Origin: Thermoplasmata archaeon
GTDB taxonomy: Archaea; Thermoplasmatota; Thermoplasmata; GCA-020350865
Length of the DNA stretch: 54,307 bases
Direction: 5' to 3'
NCBI GenBank assembly: GCA_020348445.1
Contig: CP070751.1
Span: 4,137,872 to 4,192,178 of the forward strand
Position 1 is the stretch's first letter. Each line of letters begins with the position of its first letter. The translations under genes and the position numbers were made by a program. The notes below the pieces were generated by a model that had not been told where the DNA came from, searched no databases, and saw only the letters and a program-made list of their open reading frames with translations. Shown piece after piece: positions 1 through 9,398 of the stretch.

Positions 1-120
1 GAGGAGGGCCCACCGGAGGAGGAGGGTCCACCAGAGGAAGAACTTCCTCCACCTGATGAACCAGGCCCACCTCCAGAAGAACCTCCGCCACCAGAAGAAC
101 CACCCAAGGGAGGTGCATAA
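1..120 (+). CDS. 3' end of a gene entering from the left; Pro/Glu-rich C-terminal tail
   Basis: Frame +1 reads EEGPPEEEGPPEEELPPPDEPGPPPEEPPPPEEPPKGGA* (TAA 118-120), ending 1 nt before the next ATG; same tail style as other membrane proteins here. Confidence 0.7.
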   Translation, partial: EEGPPEEEGPPEEELPPPDEPGPPPEEPPPPEEPPKGGA

Positions 121-121
121 A

Positions 122-1102
122 ATGGACAGACCACAACAAATCCAGCAAAACGTGGGCCAACAAGAGGTGGATACCAAAATCGAAACCCACTGCTACCTAT
201 GTCAGGAGGGATTACCTGACGGCCTACCAGTGATAAGCTCAAAATGCGGTGTTTACTACCATGAGGACTGCGCAAGAAGATCCGTAACCTGCCCCGCGTG
301 CGGAGAGAACCTCTTGGAGCATTTCCTAAGCCAAGAGGCCAGGAAAAAGATAGTCAAAAAGGACAGGATATATACAATTTTGATGTTCCTCATTCCATTT
401 GTACTTGTGGAACTGCTTATCGCCTTATGGTCGATGATGAACCATCCCAGTAGATGGAGTATACTTCCTTGGTTCGGCGAGGCATTTATTCTTGATCTTG
501 TGATACTGATTGTGGGTATTCTGATTGCAGTTGTAATATTTGCTAAATTGGGATATAAACCCGAAAAAACCACGATCAACGCCATTGTTTTGCAGCAAAA
601 AGGTCCAACTCCGCAGATGCCGGATCAGCAGCTTTACGCATGCGGGTATGGAGAGAGGATATCCCCAATCCAATTGGGTGATATTTCCATACCAAACAAA
701 GCGGGAGTCCAGCGCGAGAATGTAATACGTGTTTCAGTTGACAGGCTTTCAATGACACCTGATCAAACCTTTGTCTGGCTCAATCCAAGATTTATGAAAG
801 TCCTTCCCGCAAAGGACAATCCACAGCCTAGCAGCCTACAGGAATTAGATGCCGTATGGAAGGCAACAGGCAAGACGAAGATAGCGCCTTCAGAAGAGAA
901 GGCTGAGAAGGAGGAGAAGTACTGCTCCACCTGTGGAAAACCACTGGAGTACATTGCTGAGTACGATGCCTGGTACTGCTCCTCATGCGGTAAGTACGAG
1001 GAAGAAGAGGGTAAGGAAATACCAGAGGATCTACCGCCTCCACCTGAAGGCGAATCACCTCATCCAAAAGATGACACCCCACCGCCACCTGAAGAGCTAT
1101 AA
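122..1102 (+). CDS. Membrane protein with N-terminal RING-H2-like finger, 2 TM helices, C-terminal Zn ribbon and Pro-rich tail
   Basis: ATG 122 follows the upstream stop (the ORF-track start at 56 overlaps the upstream gene); CYLC..KCGVYYHEDC..CPAC; two hydrophobic segments; CSTCGKPLEYIAEYDAWYCSSC. Confidence 0.7.
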   Translation: MDRPQQIQQNVGQQEVDTKIETHCYLCQEGLPDGLPVISSKCGVYYHEDCARRSVTCPACGENLLEHFLSQEARKKIVKKDRIYTILMFLIPFVLVELLIALWSMMNHPSRWSILPWFGEAFILDLVILIVGILIAVVIFAKLGYKPEKTTINAIVLQQKGPTPQMPDQQLYACGYGERISPIQLGDISIPNKAGVQRENVIRVSVDRLSMTPDQTFVWLNPRFMKVLPAKDNPQPSSLQELDAVWKATGKTKIAPSEEKAEKEEKYCSTCGKPLEYIAEYDAWYCSSCGKYEEEEGKEIPEDLPPPPEGESPHPKDDTPPPPEEL

Positions 1103-1165
1103 ACAACAGTTTCAAATGCTCTCATTTGGGGTGCGAAATTTACTTAACACTTAAGGGTATTAGGC

Positions 1166-1969
1166 TTGCCCATGGTAGTTCTGGAGTATGTTGTGGGCGT
1201 TTTGGTACTCTGTATTTTGCTTTCCCTTTTGGCGTACTGGCAAAAGGTTCTGGATATTTGGGGATGCATTCTTGCATTCATAATAGGGGCGGTAATCGGG
1301 ATATTTGGCGGTATAATGTGGTTGATACTCTTGCTGTTCTTTTTGATAACGAGCTTCGGCGCCACAAAATACAAATATTCACTAAAAAAAGAAAGGGGTG
1401 TCTCCGAGGGGAAGATAGGGGAGCGGCATTTTAAGAACGTGCTGGCAAATGGATTGGCACCTGCCTATATTGCCATTCTCAGCTTCGAGGACTTCCATTT
1501 TATAGAGGAGAAATGGATAGCCGAGGTGGCCTTTGTAGCGGCAATCTCTGTTGCAGCTTCAGATACGGTGGCAAGCGAGCTGGGAGTGTTTTCAGATAAG
1601 ACCTATTTGATCACGAATCCAAAAAAGAGAGTTAAGCCAGGGACCTCAGGGGGAGTTTCCATGCTGGGCCAGTCCTGGGCTCTAATTGCCGCATCCTACA
1701 CTGCCTTGATGGGATGGATTGTGCTTTTTCTGATACCCCAAGCCCTGCCATCTGAAATCGGGGCCATATCATTTGAGACCATATCAGCTACAAATTCATA
1801 TATATTGATTATAATCCCCTTGATAGTGGGATTTTTAGGATGTCAGCTGGACTCGGTTTTGGGTGCCACTTTGGAGCGTATTGGGTTGCTTTCAAATAAT
1901 GGAGTTAATCTTGTTGCCACAAGTTGCGGGGGATTGATAGCATGGTTGATGATACTTTATCTGGTATGA
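1166..1969 (+). CDS. DUF92 (TIGR00297/TMEM19-like) integral membrane protein
   Basis: Motifs ER..KNVLANG, A..ASDTVASELG, PGTSGGVS..G, G.LG..LDSVLGATLE, N..VNL.AT. Confidence 0.9.
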   Translation: MPMVVLEYVVGVLVLCILLSLLAYWQKVLDIWGCILAFIIGAVIGIFGGIMWLILLLFFLITSFGATKYKYSLKKERGVSEGKIGERHFKNVLANGLAPAYIAILSFEDFHFIEEKWIAEVAFVAAISVAASDTVASELGVFSDKTYLITNPKKRVKPGTSGGVSMLGQSWALIAASYTALMGWIVLFLIPQALPSEIGAISFETISATNSYILIIIPLIVGFLGCQLDSVLGATLERIGLLSNNGVNLVATSCGGLIAWLMILYLV

Positions 1970-3183
1970 AAATGATGCTGGTAATTTGCGATGGAATGGG
2001 AGACAGACCTGTTGCAGAGTTAGATGATAAAACACCCCTTCAGTATGCAAACTGCCCCAACTTCGATTGGTTCGCCAAAACCGGGATATGCGGAATCATG
2101 GACACAATAGCTCCAGGAATTCCCCCTGGATCCGATACAGCACATCTTGCCCTTCTGGGTAATGATCCATTTGAGGTGTACAGCGGAAGGGGTCCATTTG
2201 AAGCCTTTGGCATTGGAATGGATGTAAGACCTGGGGATGTTATATTAAGAGGAAATTTTGCCAATGTTGATGAAAACCGAAAGATTGTGGACAGGAGAGC
2301 TGGTAGAATAAAGGAGGGGACCAGTAAAATCGCGGAAAGCTTAAATGGCATGGAAATCGAAGGCGTTCAGATACTCTTTCAAGAGGGCACAGAGCACCGA
2401 GCTGCGCTTCTTCTAAGGGGTGAGGGACTTTCTTCTGAGATAGGTGACACAGATCCACATAGAACAGGATGCTGCCCAGAAAAAGCAGAGCCCAGGTCTC
2501 CATCGGCCAAGAAAACCGCGGATGTTGTGGAAGAGTTCTCAAAAAGAGCCCAAGATATTCTCAAGGAGCATCCAGTGAACAAGGAAAGGGAAAGCCAGGG
2601 ATTGCTTCCTGCAAACTACATCCTTTTAAGAGGTTCTGGCACGGCACCCAAATTGATCAGTCTGAAGGAGAAATACGGCTTAAAGAGTGCCGCTGTGGTG
2701 GGAGTCATGCTAGTCAAAGGAGTGTGCAAGGCATTGGGCATGGAAACAATAAAAGTTGAAGGTGCAACTGGGGGTGTGGACACGGACATGATGGCCAAGG
2801 CAAGAACTGCCATATCAGCATTAGGGGACCATGATTTCGTGCTTCTCCACGTCAAGGCATGCGATGTATATGGTCATGACGCAGATGCCAGGAAAAAGGT
2901 GGAGACTATAGAGAGGCTGGATGAGATGCTGGGTTATGTGAAAGACAATATTTCCAACACTTGTGTCGCCGTAACTGCCGATCATTCTACTCCTGTTTCA
3001 GTAAGAAACCACAGCGGGGACCCAGTTCCACTGGCCATTGTTGGTCCAGGCGTTAGAGTGGATGATGTTACAAGTTACGATGAGATATCAATGGCAAAAG
3101 GAGACCTAGGCAGGATAAGGGGCAAGGACCTTTTGCCCATCTTGCTAGACATTGTAAATAAGAGTGAGATGTACGGAGCATAA
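1966..3183 (+). CDS. apgM: 2,3-bisphosphoglycerate-independent phosphoglycerate mutase (archaeal type)
   Basis: ICDGMGDRP, PGSDTAHL, GRGPFEA, HVKACDVYGHD, TADHSTP, HSGDPVP; ATG 1966 overlaps the DUF92 stop (ATGA). Confidence 0.95.
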   Translation: MKMMLVICDGMGDRPVAELDDKTPLQYANCPNFDWFAKTGICGIMDTIAPGIPPGSDTAHLALLGNDPFEVYSGRGPFEAFGIGMDVRPGDVILRGNFANVDENRKIVDRRAGRIKEGTSKIAESLNGMEIEGVQILFQEGTEHRAALLLRGEGLSSEIGDTDPHRTGCCPEKAEPRSPSAKKTADVVEEFSKRAQDILKEHPVNKERESQGLLPANYILLRGSGTAPKLISLKEKYGLKSAAVVGVMLVKGVCKALGMETIKVEGATGGVDTDMMAKARTAISALGDHDFVLLHVKACDVYGHDADARKKVETIERLDEMLGYVKDNISNTCVAVTADHSTPVSVRNHSGDPVPLAIVGPGVRVDDVTSYDEISMAKGDLGRIRGKDLLPILLDIVNKSEMYGA

Positions 3184-3251
3184 TACATAATTTTGTAAAA
3201 ACTAAAAGAACACCCAAGCGAAATTTTAGAAAAAGTGAAAAGTCTTGAAGA

Positions 3252-4133
3252 TCATTTTCTAAGCTCACCCAGCGTCGTTACCCTTTCTGCAAATGCATTA
3301 TGCTTGTGGATGGACTCCTCGCTTTCGCTTCTTACAGTGACCACCACACTGTCAGGTAAATTCTCATACTTTATCAAAATCTTTCCAAGTATGTCTCTAA
3401 CCACATCCTCAACGAACTTTGGATTCTCGTGAGCCCGTAAAGTGATTTCGGCCTCGTCATCCCTTTTCAGTATCTCGTAAGTTGGGCTTGACAAGGAATC
3501 CTCCACTATCTGGATCAGATCATCAGCCTCGATTTCATAGCCCTTGGGTACCTCGATCATGAGCGTGGTTTCATTGCGCTGGTTGTGAGTCACAACAGGC
3601 ATTGTTTTTAGGCACTCTGCAGCTTCAGGATGTTCTGCTGTGAGTCTCTTTCTCACTGTCTCCATGGCACAGGGACAGGTTGTCATACCTATTACTTCAA
3701 CTCCGATGAGCTTTTTAATTGCCATTTCCTCATTTCTTTTGGCTGTTGCCTTGGCTATGAGCTTGTACCCTTCTAGGCTTTTTTTACCTGAATCTAAAGC
3801 CTTTTCAAGGAAATAATCGGCACTTATTCTGACCTCAGATGAGGATGCATACTCATGACGGTCAAGGAGCATGTGGCATATCTCTTCACAAAGGTCTTCA
3901 AGGCACAAAACAGGCTGGCGAACACTCCTATCAAGAATCTCACTAATGATCTCTACGTTCCTTGAAAGATGCGAGCCCTTTTGGCTTGCTGGAAGGTCCA
4001 CAAAAACATCCATCTCCCCTGTCAGGGTCACAACCTTATCTGGGCGCTTAACGTTAATTGGCTTTTTTATTCCCGTTACCCCCACCCTTGTGAGCTTGAA
4101 GGATCCTGTGGGTTTGAGGTTCTGAACATCCAA
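3252..4133 (-). CDS. mptA: GTP cyclohydrolase MptA/FolE2 family
   Basis: DVQ..RVGVTG, QKGSHLSR, GMTTCPCA, THNQR, KR.DE..(A)HENPKFVED, ESIHKHNA; start codon uncertain (TTG). Confidence 0.92.
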   Translation of the reverse strand: MDVQNLKPTGSFKLTRVGVTGIKKPINVKRPDKVVTLTGEMDVFVDLPASQKGSHLSRNVEIISEILDRSVRQPVLCLEDLCEEICHMLLDRHEYASSSEVRISADYFLEKALDSGKKSLEGYKLIAKATAKRNEEMAIKKLIGVEVIGMTTCPCAMETVRKRLTAEHPEAAECLKTMPVVTHNQRNETTLMIEVPKGYEIEADDLIQIVEDSLSSPTYEILKRDDEAEITLRAHENPKFVEDVVRDILGKILIKYENLPDSVVVTVRSESEESIHKHNAFAERVTTLGELRK

Positions 4134-4282
4134 GTGGCTTACAGTATCACCTCCCCGCCTAAATGACTTGTACCATTTAAATTTTGGGTTTTTAAATCTG
4201 ATACCAATATTGGAATATTTTTAATGATTGGAGACGATATCAATTTATACTATTTTACATATTCTCGATTGGAAGCGTTAAA

Positions 4283-4513
4283 ATGTCAAATCTGACCGTA
4301 AAGGAAGTATCTAAGATCGTTAGAGAGTACTTCGATGATATCAAGAAAAGTAAGTTTATTTTTGATGTAATAAGTATTACATTCGATGAGGACGAGGAGG
4401 AATGGGACATGGAATGTGAGATTTCCAATGTCTTCGATGAGGAACCTAGACATTATCGTGTTACTGTTGATGATGGTTCTGGGGAGATACAAGATGTGTC
4501 CGAAGGGAAATAG
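4283..4513 (+). CDS. Small acidic protein with PepSY-like C-terminal hairpin; putative partner of the PIN protein
   Basis: 76 aa, very acidic, YRVTVDDGSGEI pattern; overlaps the start of the PIN gene. Confidence 0.6.
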   Translation: MSNLTVKEVSKIVREYFDDIKKSKFIFDVISITFDEDEEEWDMECEISNVFDEEPRHYRVTVDDGSGEIQDVSEGK

Positions 4514-4985
4514 GGCCAGAAGGCCTCTATTCATATATACCAGTCCATTATTTCTTTTACTAGTAGGTACTTATAAAAAGAACTTGATAAAGAAATTCAA
4601 GCGTGTTAAATCTTATAGTGTAGCGGATTTTGACATACTAATACAATTTTTAGCCAGAAAAAGGGTCTTTGTAACTCCGGGTGTCTTAGCAGAAGTGTCA
4701 AACATGGCTATGGAATTAAAAGGAGATGGTTTCCAGAAGTTAGTTGATACCAATATCGATGCATTAAAACGATTGGGTGAATGCTACATAACAAAAGATG
4801 TTATTCTCGAAACTCCAGAATTTAAAAAACTTGGAATAACTGATACTTCCATAATAATCGCCGCAAAAAAGAATAAAGGAGAGATATTAACTGCTGATCA
4901 CCACCTATGTTCGAGATGTAAAACCATTGGAATTCCAGCTACACATATGATGGAACTGCAATCGAGAGTCGAACAATTTTCATAA
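4494..4985 (+). CDS. PIN-domain protein; first acidic catalytic position appears to be Tyr
   Basis: ATG 4494 with GGGGAG RBS; LFIYTSPLFLLLVG, FVTPGVLAEVSN, LGITDTSII, ILTADHHL match the PIN fold layout. Confidence 0.75.
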   Translation: MCPKGNRARRPLFIYTSPLFLLLVGTYKKNLIKKFKRVKSYSVADFDILIQFLARKRVFVTPGVLAEVSNMAMELKGDGFQKLVDTNIDALKRLGECYITKDVILETPEFKKLGITDTSIIIAAKKNKGEILTADHHLCSRCKTIGIPATHMMELQSRVEQFS

Positions 4986-5009
4986 TATTGAGGACTGGAG
5001 GTATTAGGG

Positions 5010-5399
5010 TCACCCGTACCCGTCCATCTCATAGACAAGGCGCGTTGATTTGGTGGCGCATTCAAGCCTGTGTCTGATATAGTCCTTTATTGTGTTCCTC
5101 AACATGGTGGTTGGAATGGTTCCCACGACCTCCCCAATTGGTTTTTCCTTGCAAAAGAACTTGAAAGTTGGAACTCCCATGATTCCATAGCGTGCAGCAA
5201 CATTCATGTTTTGTTCTGTATTGAGCTTAGTAAACACGGCCTCATTTTCAAGTTCCTCGGAGAGTTCGGCGTAAATAGGGGCGATTGCCCTGCAGTTTGG
5301 GCAAGTTGTGGTGTAGAATTCCACTATTATGAGCTTGTCTGTCGTTTTCAGGGTCTCATCGAAAGAAGCATCATCCAGTTCCTTGACTTTTCCCTCCAT
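5010..5399 (-). CDS. Thioredoxin family protein
   Basis: VEFYTTTCPNC, YGIMGVPTFKFF; short C-terminal extension. Confidence 0.9.
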   Translation of the reverse strand: MEGKVKELDDASFDETLKTTDKLIIVEFYTTTCPNCRAIAPIYAELSEELENEAVFTKLNTEQNMNVAARYGIMGVPTFKFFCKEKPIGEVVGTIPTTMLRNTIKDYIRHRLECATKSTRLVYEMDGYG

Positions 5400-5483
5400 A
5401 AAGTAGCCTCCATTTCTATTTCAGATTAAATTTGGTATTGCCATGCTGGTATTTTATTCTGTCGAAATTCTAGGGCAAGTTTT

Positions 5484-5663
5484 TTACTTTTCTCTGTTCT
5501 TTCCTACCTTTCCCTCCCCTCTCTTTTTCTCATCAAAATGGGTATGCCCTTTGCGCTCAGCAATAAGCCTTACTATGATATAAAACACGACAAAAAGCAA
5601 TAATCCCAAAATAAACAGCCCTCCGCCTAAAAGTAGATTTTGTGGGATTTCAAAGCCTGCCAT
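5484..5663 (-). CDS. 59-aa single-TM membrane protein (below the ORF-track cutoff)
   Basis: Manual translation MAGFEIPQNLLLGGGLFILGLLLFVVFYIIVRLIAERKGHTHFDEKKRGEGKVGKNREK*; starts 3 nt after the upstream stop. Confidence 0.7.
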   Translation of the reverse strand: MAGFEIPQNLLLGGGLFILGLLLFVVFYIIVRLIAERKGHTHFDEKKRGEGKVGKNREK

Positions 5664-5666
5664 GGC

Positions 5667-5891
5667 CTATTTCTCCTCTCTCTCCTCTTTATCTTCCTTT
5701 AAGGCCAAAAGGAATTTCTCGTACTCCTCTTCTGAGTCAAAGATAATTGGCAATCCGCGATGATTGCAGTCATCACACACATAGGTGACAAGGCCGTCCG
5801 TATAGCCAGGAAGCACCCCGTCGCTTATTGTGCCCGATCTAATTTTTCTACTGCCGCAGGAAATACAGGCTTCGATTTTCATTATCATCAC
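5667..5891 (-). CDS. Small Zn-ribbon protein
   Basis: CISCGS...YVCDDCNHRG..IIFDSEEEYEKF. Confidence 0.75.
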   Translation of the reverse strand: MMIMKIEACISCGSRKIRSGTISDGVLPGYTDGLVTYVCDDCNHRGLPIIFDSEEEYEKFLLALKEDKEEREEK

Positions 5892-6433
5892 CTTATTAGG
5901 AAATTGATCGTTTTATTTCCCTTTTCTTTTAAACTGAACATTCCTTGCTTTGTGATCCCGCATATGATTTCATCGTCTTCTAAATGATGATCATTTACTG
6001 AAAGAATCCCATTGGGTTTTAATACCCTGTGAATCTCTGCAAGTATCTTATCTGGTTCGCTTAATAGATGGAAAATATCGTATAAAAGTGCAACATCGAT
6101 TTCATTATCTGGCAATCCAGTTTTGCAGTCCGATTGGATAGTTTGAACGTTGGTTAGGTTCTTTTTTAATGCCATCTTCGTAACGCGCTTTATTGCAAGT
6201 GGCTGGATATCCAGGGCATACACCTTCCCCTTCTTGCCAACCAACTCAGATGAAATAGGAACATAACTTCCTGGGCCGCATCCATAATCAAGAACGTGAA
6301 AGCCTGGTTTCATTCCAACCTCTGATAGCACATTCTTTCGTGGAGAAAATAGATCACGAAATTTCATCAAAAATGACATGATCTTAAAATATGTATCAGG
6401 CATTGGTTCATCCATGGTAATCTCCTCATACAA
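5888..6433 (-). CDS. Class I SAM-dependent methyltransferase
   Basis: VLDYGCGPG, VYALDIQ, EIHRVLKPNG. Confidence 0.88.
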   Translation of the reverse strand: MYEEITMDEPMPDTYFKIMSFLMKFRDLFSPRKNVLSEVGMKPGFHVLDYGCGPGSYVPISSELVGKKGKVYALDIQPLAIKRVTKMALKKNLTNVQTIQSDCKTGLPDNEIDVALLYDIFHLLSEPDKILAEIHRVLKPNGILSVNDHHLEDDEIICGITKQGMFSLKEKGNKTINFLIR

Positions 6434-6448
6434 AGTATCACGATTCTT

Positions 6449-6952
6449 CTACCCAAATATCTTTTCATAGCAATAAAATGGTCGGGTAAGGGGTGGAAAG
6501 AATATTTCCCCTGTTCTTATGTACCCTCTTTGTTCGATTATTTTTATCATCCTAAGATTTTTACAGTAAGTATCCAGCCGCATGGAGGAATGTCTATTTT
6601 TATGGGCATACTCCTCGGCAAAATCGAACAATTTCCTGGCTATCCCCTTTTTCTGCCAATCCGGGTGAACGGCAATGCGGTGTATTTCAAGGGCTTTTGT
6701 ATTTTTATCCATCCAATTTATCCCAACATATTGCGGCTCCTCATTTTCTGTAAGTGCACATAATGCGATAAATTCCCCTTTTTCTTCCATAACGAATAAG
6801 GTGCCGTCTTCAATATCATGAAAAAGAACCTCCTTAATAGGATAACTCTCGTCCCACTGGGGATTCCCCTTAATCTCCATATCTTTGATAATATCAGATA
6901 CCAAATCAAGGACATTATCATAGTCCTTTTTTTCTGCCTTTACAATTTTCAT
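6449..6952 (-). CDS. GNAT family N-acetyltransferase
   Basis: IHRIAVHPDWQKKGIARKL motif A; LDTY..N..MI. Confidence 0.88.
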   Translation of the reverse strand: MKIVKAEKKDYDNVLDLVSDIIKDMEIKGNPQWDESYPIKEVLFHDIEDGTLFVMEEKGEFIALCALTENEEPQYVGINWMDKNTKALEIHRIAVHPDWQKKGIARKLFDFAEEYAHKNRHSSMRLDTYCKNLRMIKIIEQRGYIRTGEIFFPPLTRPFYCYEKIFG

Positions 6953-7623
6953 TTGTTCACCTTGTATCGCAGCCAGACTAAATCATCTTTCAGGTTTTCT
7001 AAATGAGATAGCTTCAGTTTTATTTTTATTTCCTTGGATGTAGGATCAGATGCTCCAAAAATAGACAAAGGGGATGTTCCTCCCACAAGATCTGGATGAA
7101 TAAGCACACTGACCTCATCAACCAGCCCTTCTCCAAGAAGTACACCGTTTAGTGTCCCCCCGCTGTCCACTCTTACAATATTCACTTTATACTTGCTATT
7201 AAGCTCCTCTAGAGATGTCTTCAGATCCACATGTTCATCCCCAAAAATCATGAACTCAATATGCCTTTTTTTCAGATAGTCCAGGTATTCCTCTGGCGTG
7301 GCCTTCGAGCACAGCGCAATATGCTTTCTCCAGTACGGCCACTTTCTGATATAATGCCAGATTCGAATCCTGCCTCTGCTGTCTGGTATAACAAGAAGAG
7401 GACGTTTATCTTCAGGGTCCGTTTTTGGAGGCTCAAACACATCCTCCTCTTCCTCTGGCACCTCCTCCTGCTCCTCTGCTTTGAGTATAGTGTTGCATCC
7501 AACAAGAGTGGCATCTTCCTTCCATGTACTTGCAAGTTCATAATACTGGGCCATATCTACATCGAATCCGTCGATTCTTCCATCCAGACTCACAGCATTG
7601 TGGATAATAACACGAGGTTTCAT
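6949..7623 (-). CDS. RibD C-terminal-domain reductase (archaeal pyrimidine reductase family)
   Basis: HNAVSLDGRI, DATLVGCNT, PDSRGRI, VRVDSGGTLNGVLL.EGLVDE. Confidence 0.85.
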   Translation of the reverse strand: MKPRVIIHNAVSLDGRIDGFDVDMAQYYELASTWKEDATLVGCNTILKAEEQEEVPEEEEDVFEPPKTDPEDKRPLLVIPDSRGRIRIWHYIRKWPYWRKHIALCSKATPEEYLDYLKKRHIEFMIFGDEHVDLKTSLEELNSKYKVNIVRVDSGGTLNGVLLGEGLVDEVSVLIHPDLVGGTSPLSIFGASDPTSKEIKIKLKLSHLENLKDDLVWLRYKVNK

Positions 7624-7682
7624 GGAAAATTCACTCCCAGGGGAATAATGACTTAATATTGATAAATATTTTCTTATTTTGA

Positions 7683-8165
7683 CTATTTAACATGTTCAAT
7701 AGAAGTTATGTGACCAACAAGGTTTGGTTTCCCGTCCACCATTTCCTGGTTCATTTCTATTTTTAGGATTACCTCATCCCCTTCCCGGTAATCACCTGTA
7801 ATATTCCTTGGATATCCTGCATCGTACTCCCAAGGATCAGTTCTATACCCGTCCATGCTCTCAAAGGCAAGATAGGTGTAATGGGCATCTTCGTTATACC
7901 AGATTCCCGAGAAGACATCTTTGATGTATACAATGTCCCCATCCTTCAGATCCAGGCTATCATATTTATCATGAAATTCCTTGAAGGTGAAGTAATATCT
8001 GCTTTCACCCTCATCCCTTAGAAAGAGACTAAAAAATGAGAGTGGTATGGCTATGGTGAGCACCAGGATGATGAGGACTAGAGCCACCATTTTTTTTCTA
8101 CCCAGTTTATTACCGTTCTCTTCTATGGCTTCCCGATACTCTTTCATATCATCCATTCCATACAT
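7683..8165 (-). CDS. Hypothetical protein, single N-terminal TM anchor and beta-rich exported domain
   Basis: Hydrophobic MVALVLIILVLTIAIPLSFF after a basic stretch; no family recognised. Confidence 0.6.
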   Translation of the reverse strand: MYGMDDMKEYREAIEENGNKLGRKKMVALVLIILVLTIAIPLSFFSLFLRDEGESRYYFTFKEFHDKYDSLDLKDGDIVYIKDVFSGIWYNEDAHYTYLAFESMDGYRTDPWEYDAGYPRNITGDYREGDEVILKIEMNQEMVDGKPNLVGHITSIEHVK

Positions 8166-8690
8166 TTAAAAAATTGCCTCACGGGTCAAATCTCTGGCAA
8201 AAATACTCACCCTTTTCAGAAACTCCCTGGGATCATTGGGAGTCAGATAGAGTCCCCAGCCTTTCTTTCTTTTAAATACCACGGCATCAGTCATTCTAAC
8301 GCAGGGTGTAACAGAAGGCCAGCCAATTCTTGCAGAGAAGATTCCAAGATTCAGATATGCTCTTTCGAACTCAACCCAGTAATAGGTCTTTTTCCAGGGG
8401 CCATACCTGACCCCAATTCCATCTGGTTCGATAGTATAATAGGTTGTGTACATGGGCCAAAGGAAAAATCCGCAGATCCCTGCAGCCATTATCATAATCC
8501 CCACAAATGAAAATGCGATCCACACAGGCAGTGCGTGGGCCACATATATCGCCAGAGCAGCACCAAATATACAGGCAAGAAAGCTTATGAGGAGAATAGA
8601 GAATATGAACACACTGGGTGCAGGATGATCCACGTACCTCTTGCTCCCTTTATCGGATCCATCCTCGATCATTATAAATCCTCTTGTCAC
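8166..8690 (-). CDS. Two-TM membrane protein with bacterial PH-like domain
   Basis: Two TM helices then YTTYYTI..DGIGVRYG and LYLTPNDPREF. Confidence 0.65.
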   Translation of the reverse strand: MTRGFIMIEDGSDKGSKRYVDHPAPSVFIFSILLISFLACIFGAALAIYVAHALPVWIAFSFVGIMIMAAGICGFFLWPMYTTYYTIEPDGIGVRYGPWKKTYYWVEFERAYLNLGIFSARIGWPSVTPCVRMTDAVVFKRKKGWGLYLTPNDPREFLKRVSIFARDLTREAIF

Positions 8691-8815
8691 TTAAAAGGTG
8701 TTGATTACTTTTATAAATTATGGGGGATAGCCCTGGGATGCCCTAAATGAATCCATAACATTTTTTTATACCTACTCTTACAAAATCCCTTGGCATCCTA
8801 AGAAGAAGGTCATTT

Positions 8816-9286
8816 TTATCCTATTGGCGCGTATATCTCGGTAATAATCTCCTCTTTGGGAACTTCCCTTGGATCATTCATATAGATCTCTCTAATTGGT
8901 CCAACTATGCATTTCTGGTTTTCTTCTATCCATGCATAAAGCCGTCTATAAGTTGGCTCACATTCCTCATACGGTCCCTTATGTATGATCTTGGCCATCT
9001 TTCCACCGGGTAATTCGTAATATTTGATATCCTCGGTTTCTTCAACCTCCTGCGAAACAGGAACCACGACCTCGACGTCCGCATTGCCTTCTGAATCTGC
9101 CTTCATAACCTCCTCCACAGTCTTTTCATGGCACACGAAAATGGGTGGACCTTGAATCTGGGCCTCTTTTTGCACGGCATACTCACATACCTTGGGTATC
9201 AGCTGGGCTATGATCTCATATTTTCCTCTCTTTCGCGTCCCAAGCACCATCTGCGGGTCAATATCAACAACTGTTATCTCGCTCAT
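8816..9286 (-). CDS. GyrI-like small-molecule-binding domain protein
   Basis: LPGGKMAKIIHKGPYEE, GPIREIYMNDP, ITEIYAPI. Confidence 0.88.
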   Translation of the reverse strand: MSEITVVDIDPQMVLGTRKRGKYEIIAQLIPKVCEYAVQKEAQIQGPPIFVCHEKTVEEVMKADSEGNADVEVVVPVSQEVEETEDIKYYELPGGKMAKIIHKGPYEECEPTYRRLYAWIEENQKCIVGPIREIYMNDPREVPKEEIITEIYAPIG

Positions 9287-9398
9287 ATAAATACCTCAGT
9301 TGTGATAGTATTTTAGGGTATTTAAGGATTAATAGGGGGTTTATGAAAGTAAATAATAAATCAATTCCCCTCCTTGCTCAAAATCCTATAATCATTTT

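Noticed and set aside
56-121. N-terminal extension of the first ORF as given by the ORF track
   Set aside because: It is an out-of-frame overlap with the Pro/Glu tail of the upstream gene; ATG 122 follows that gene's stop
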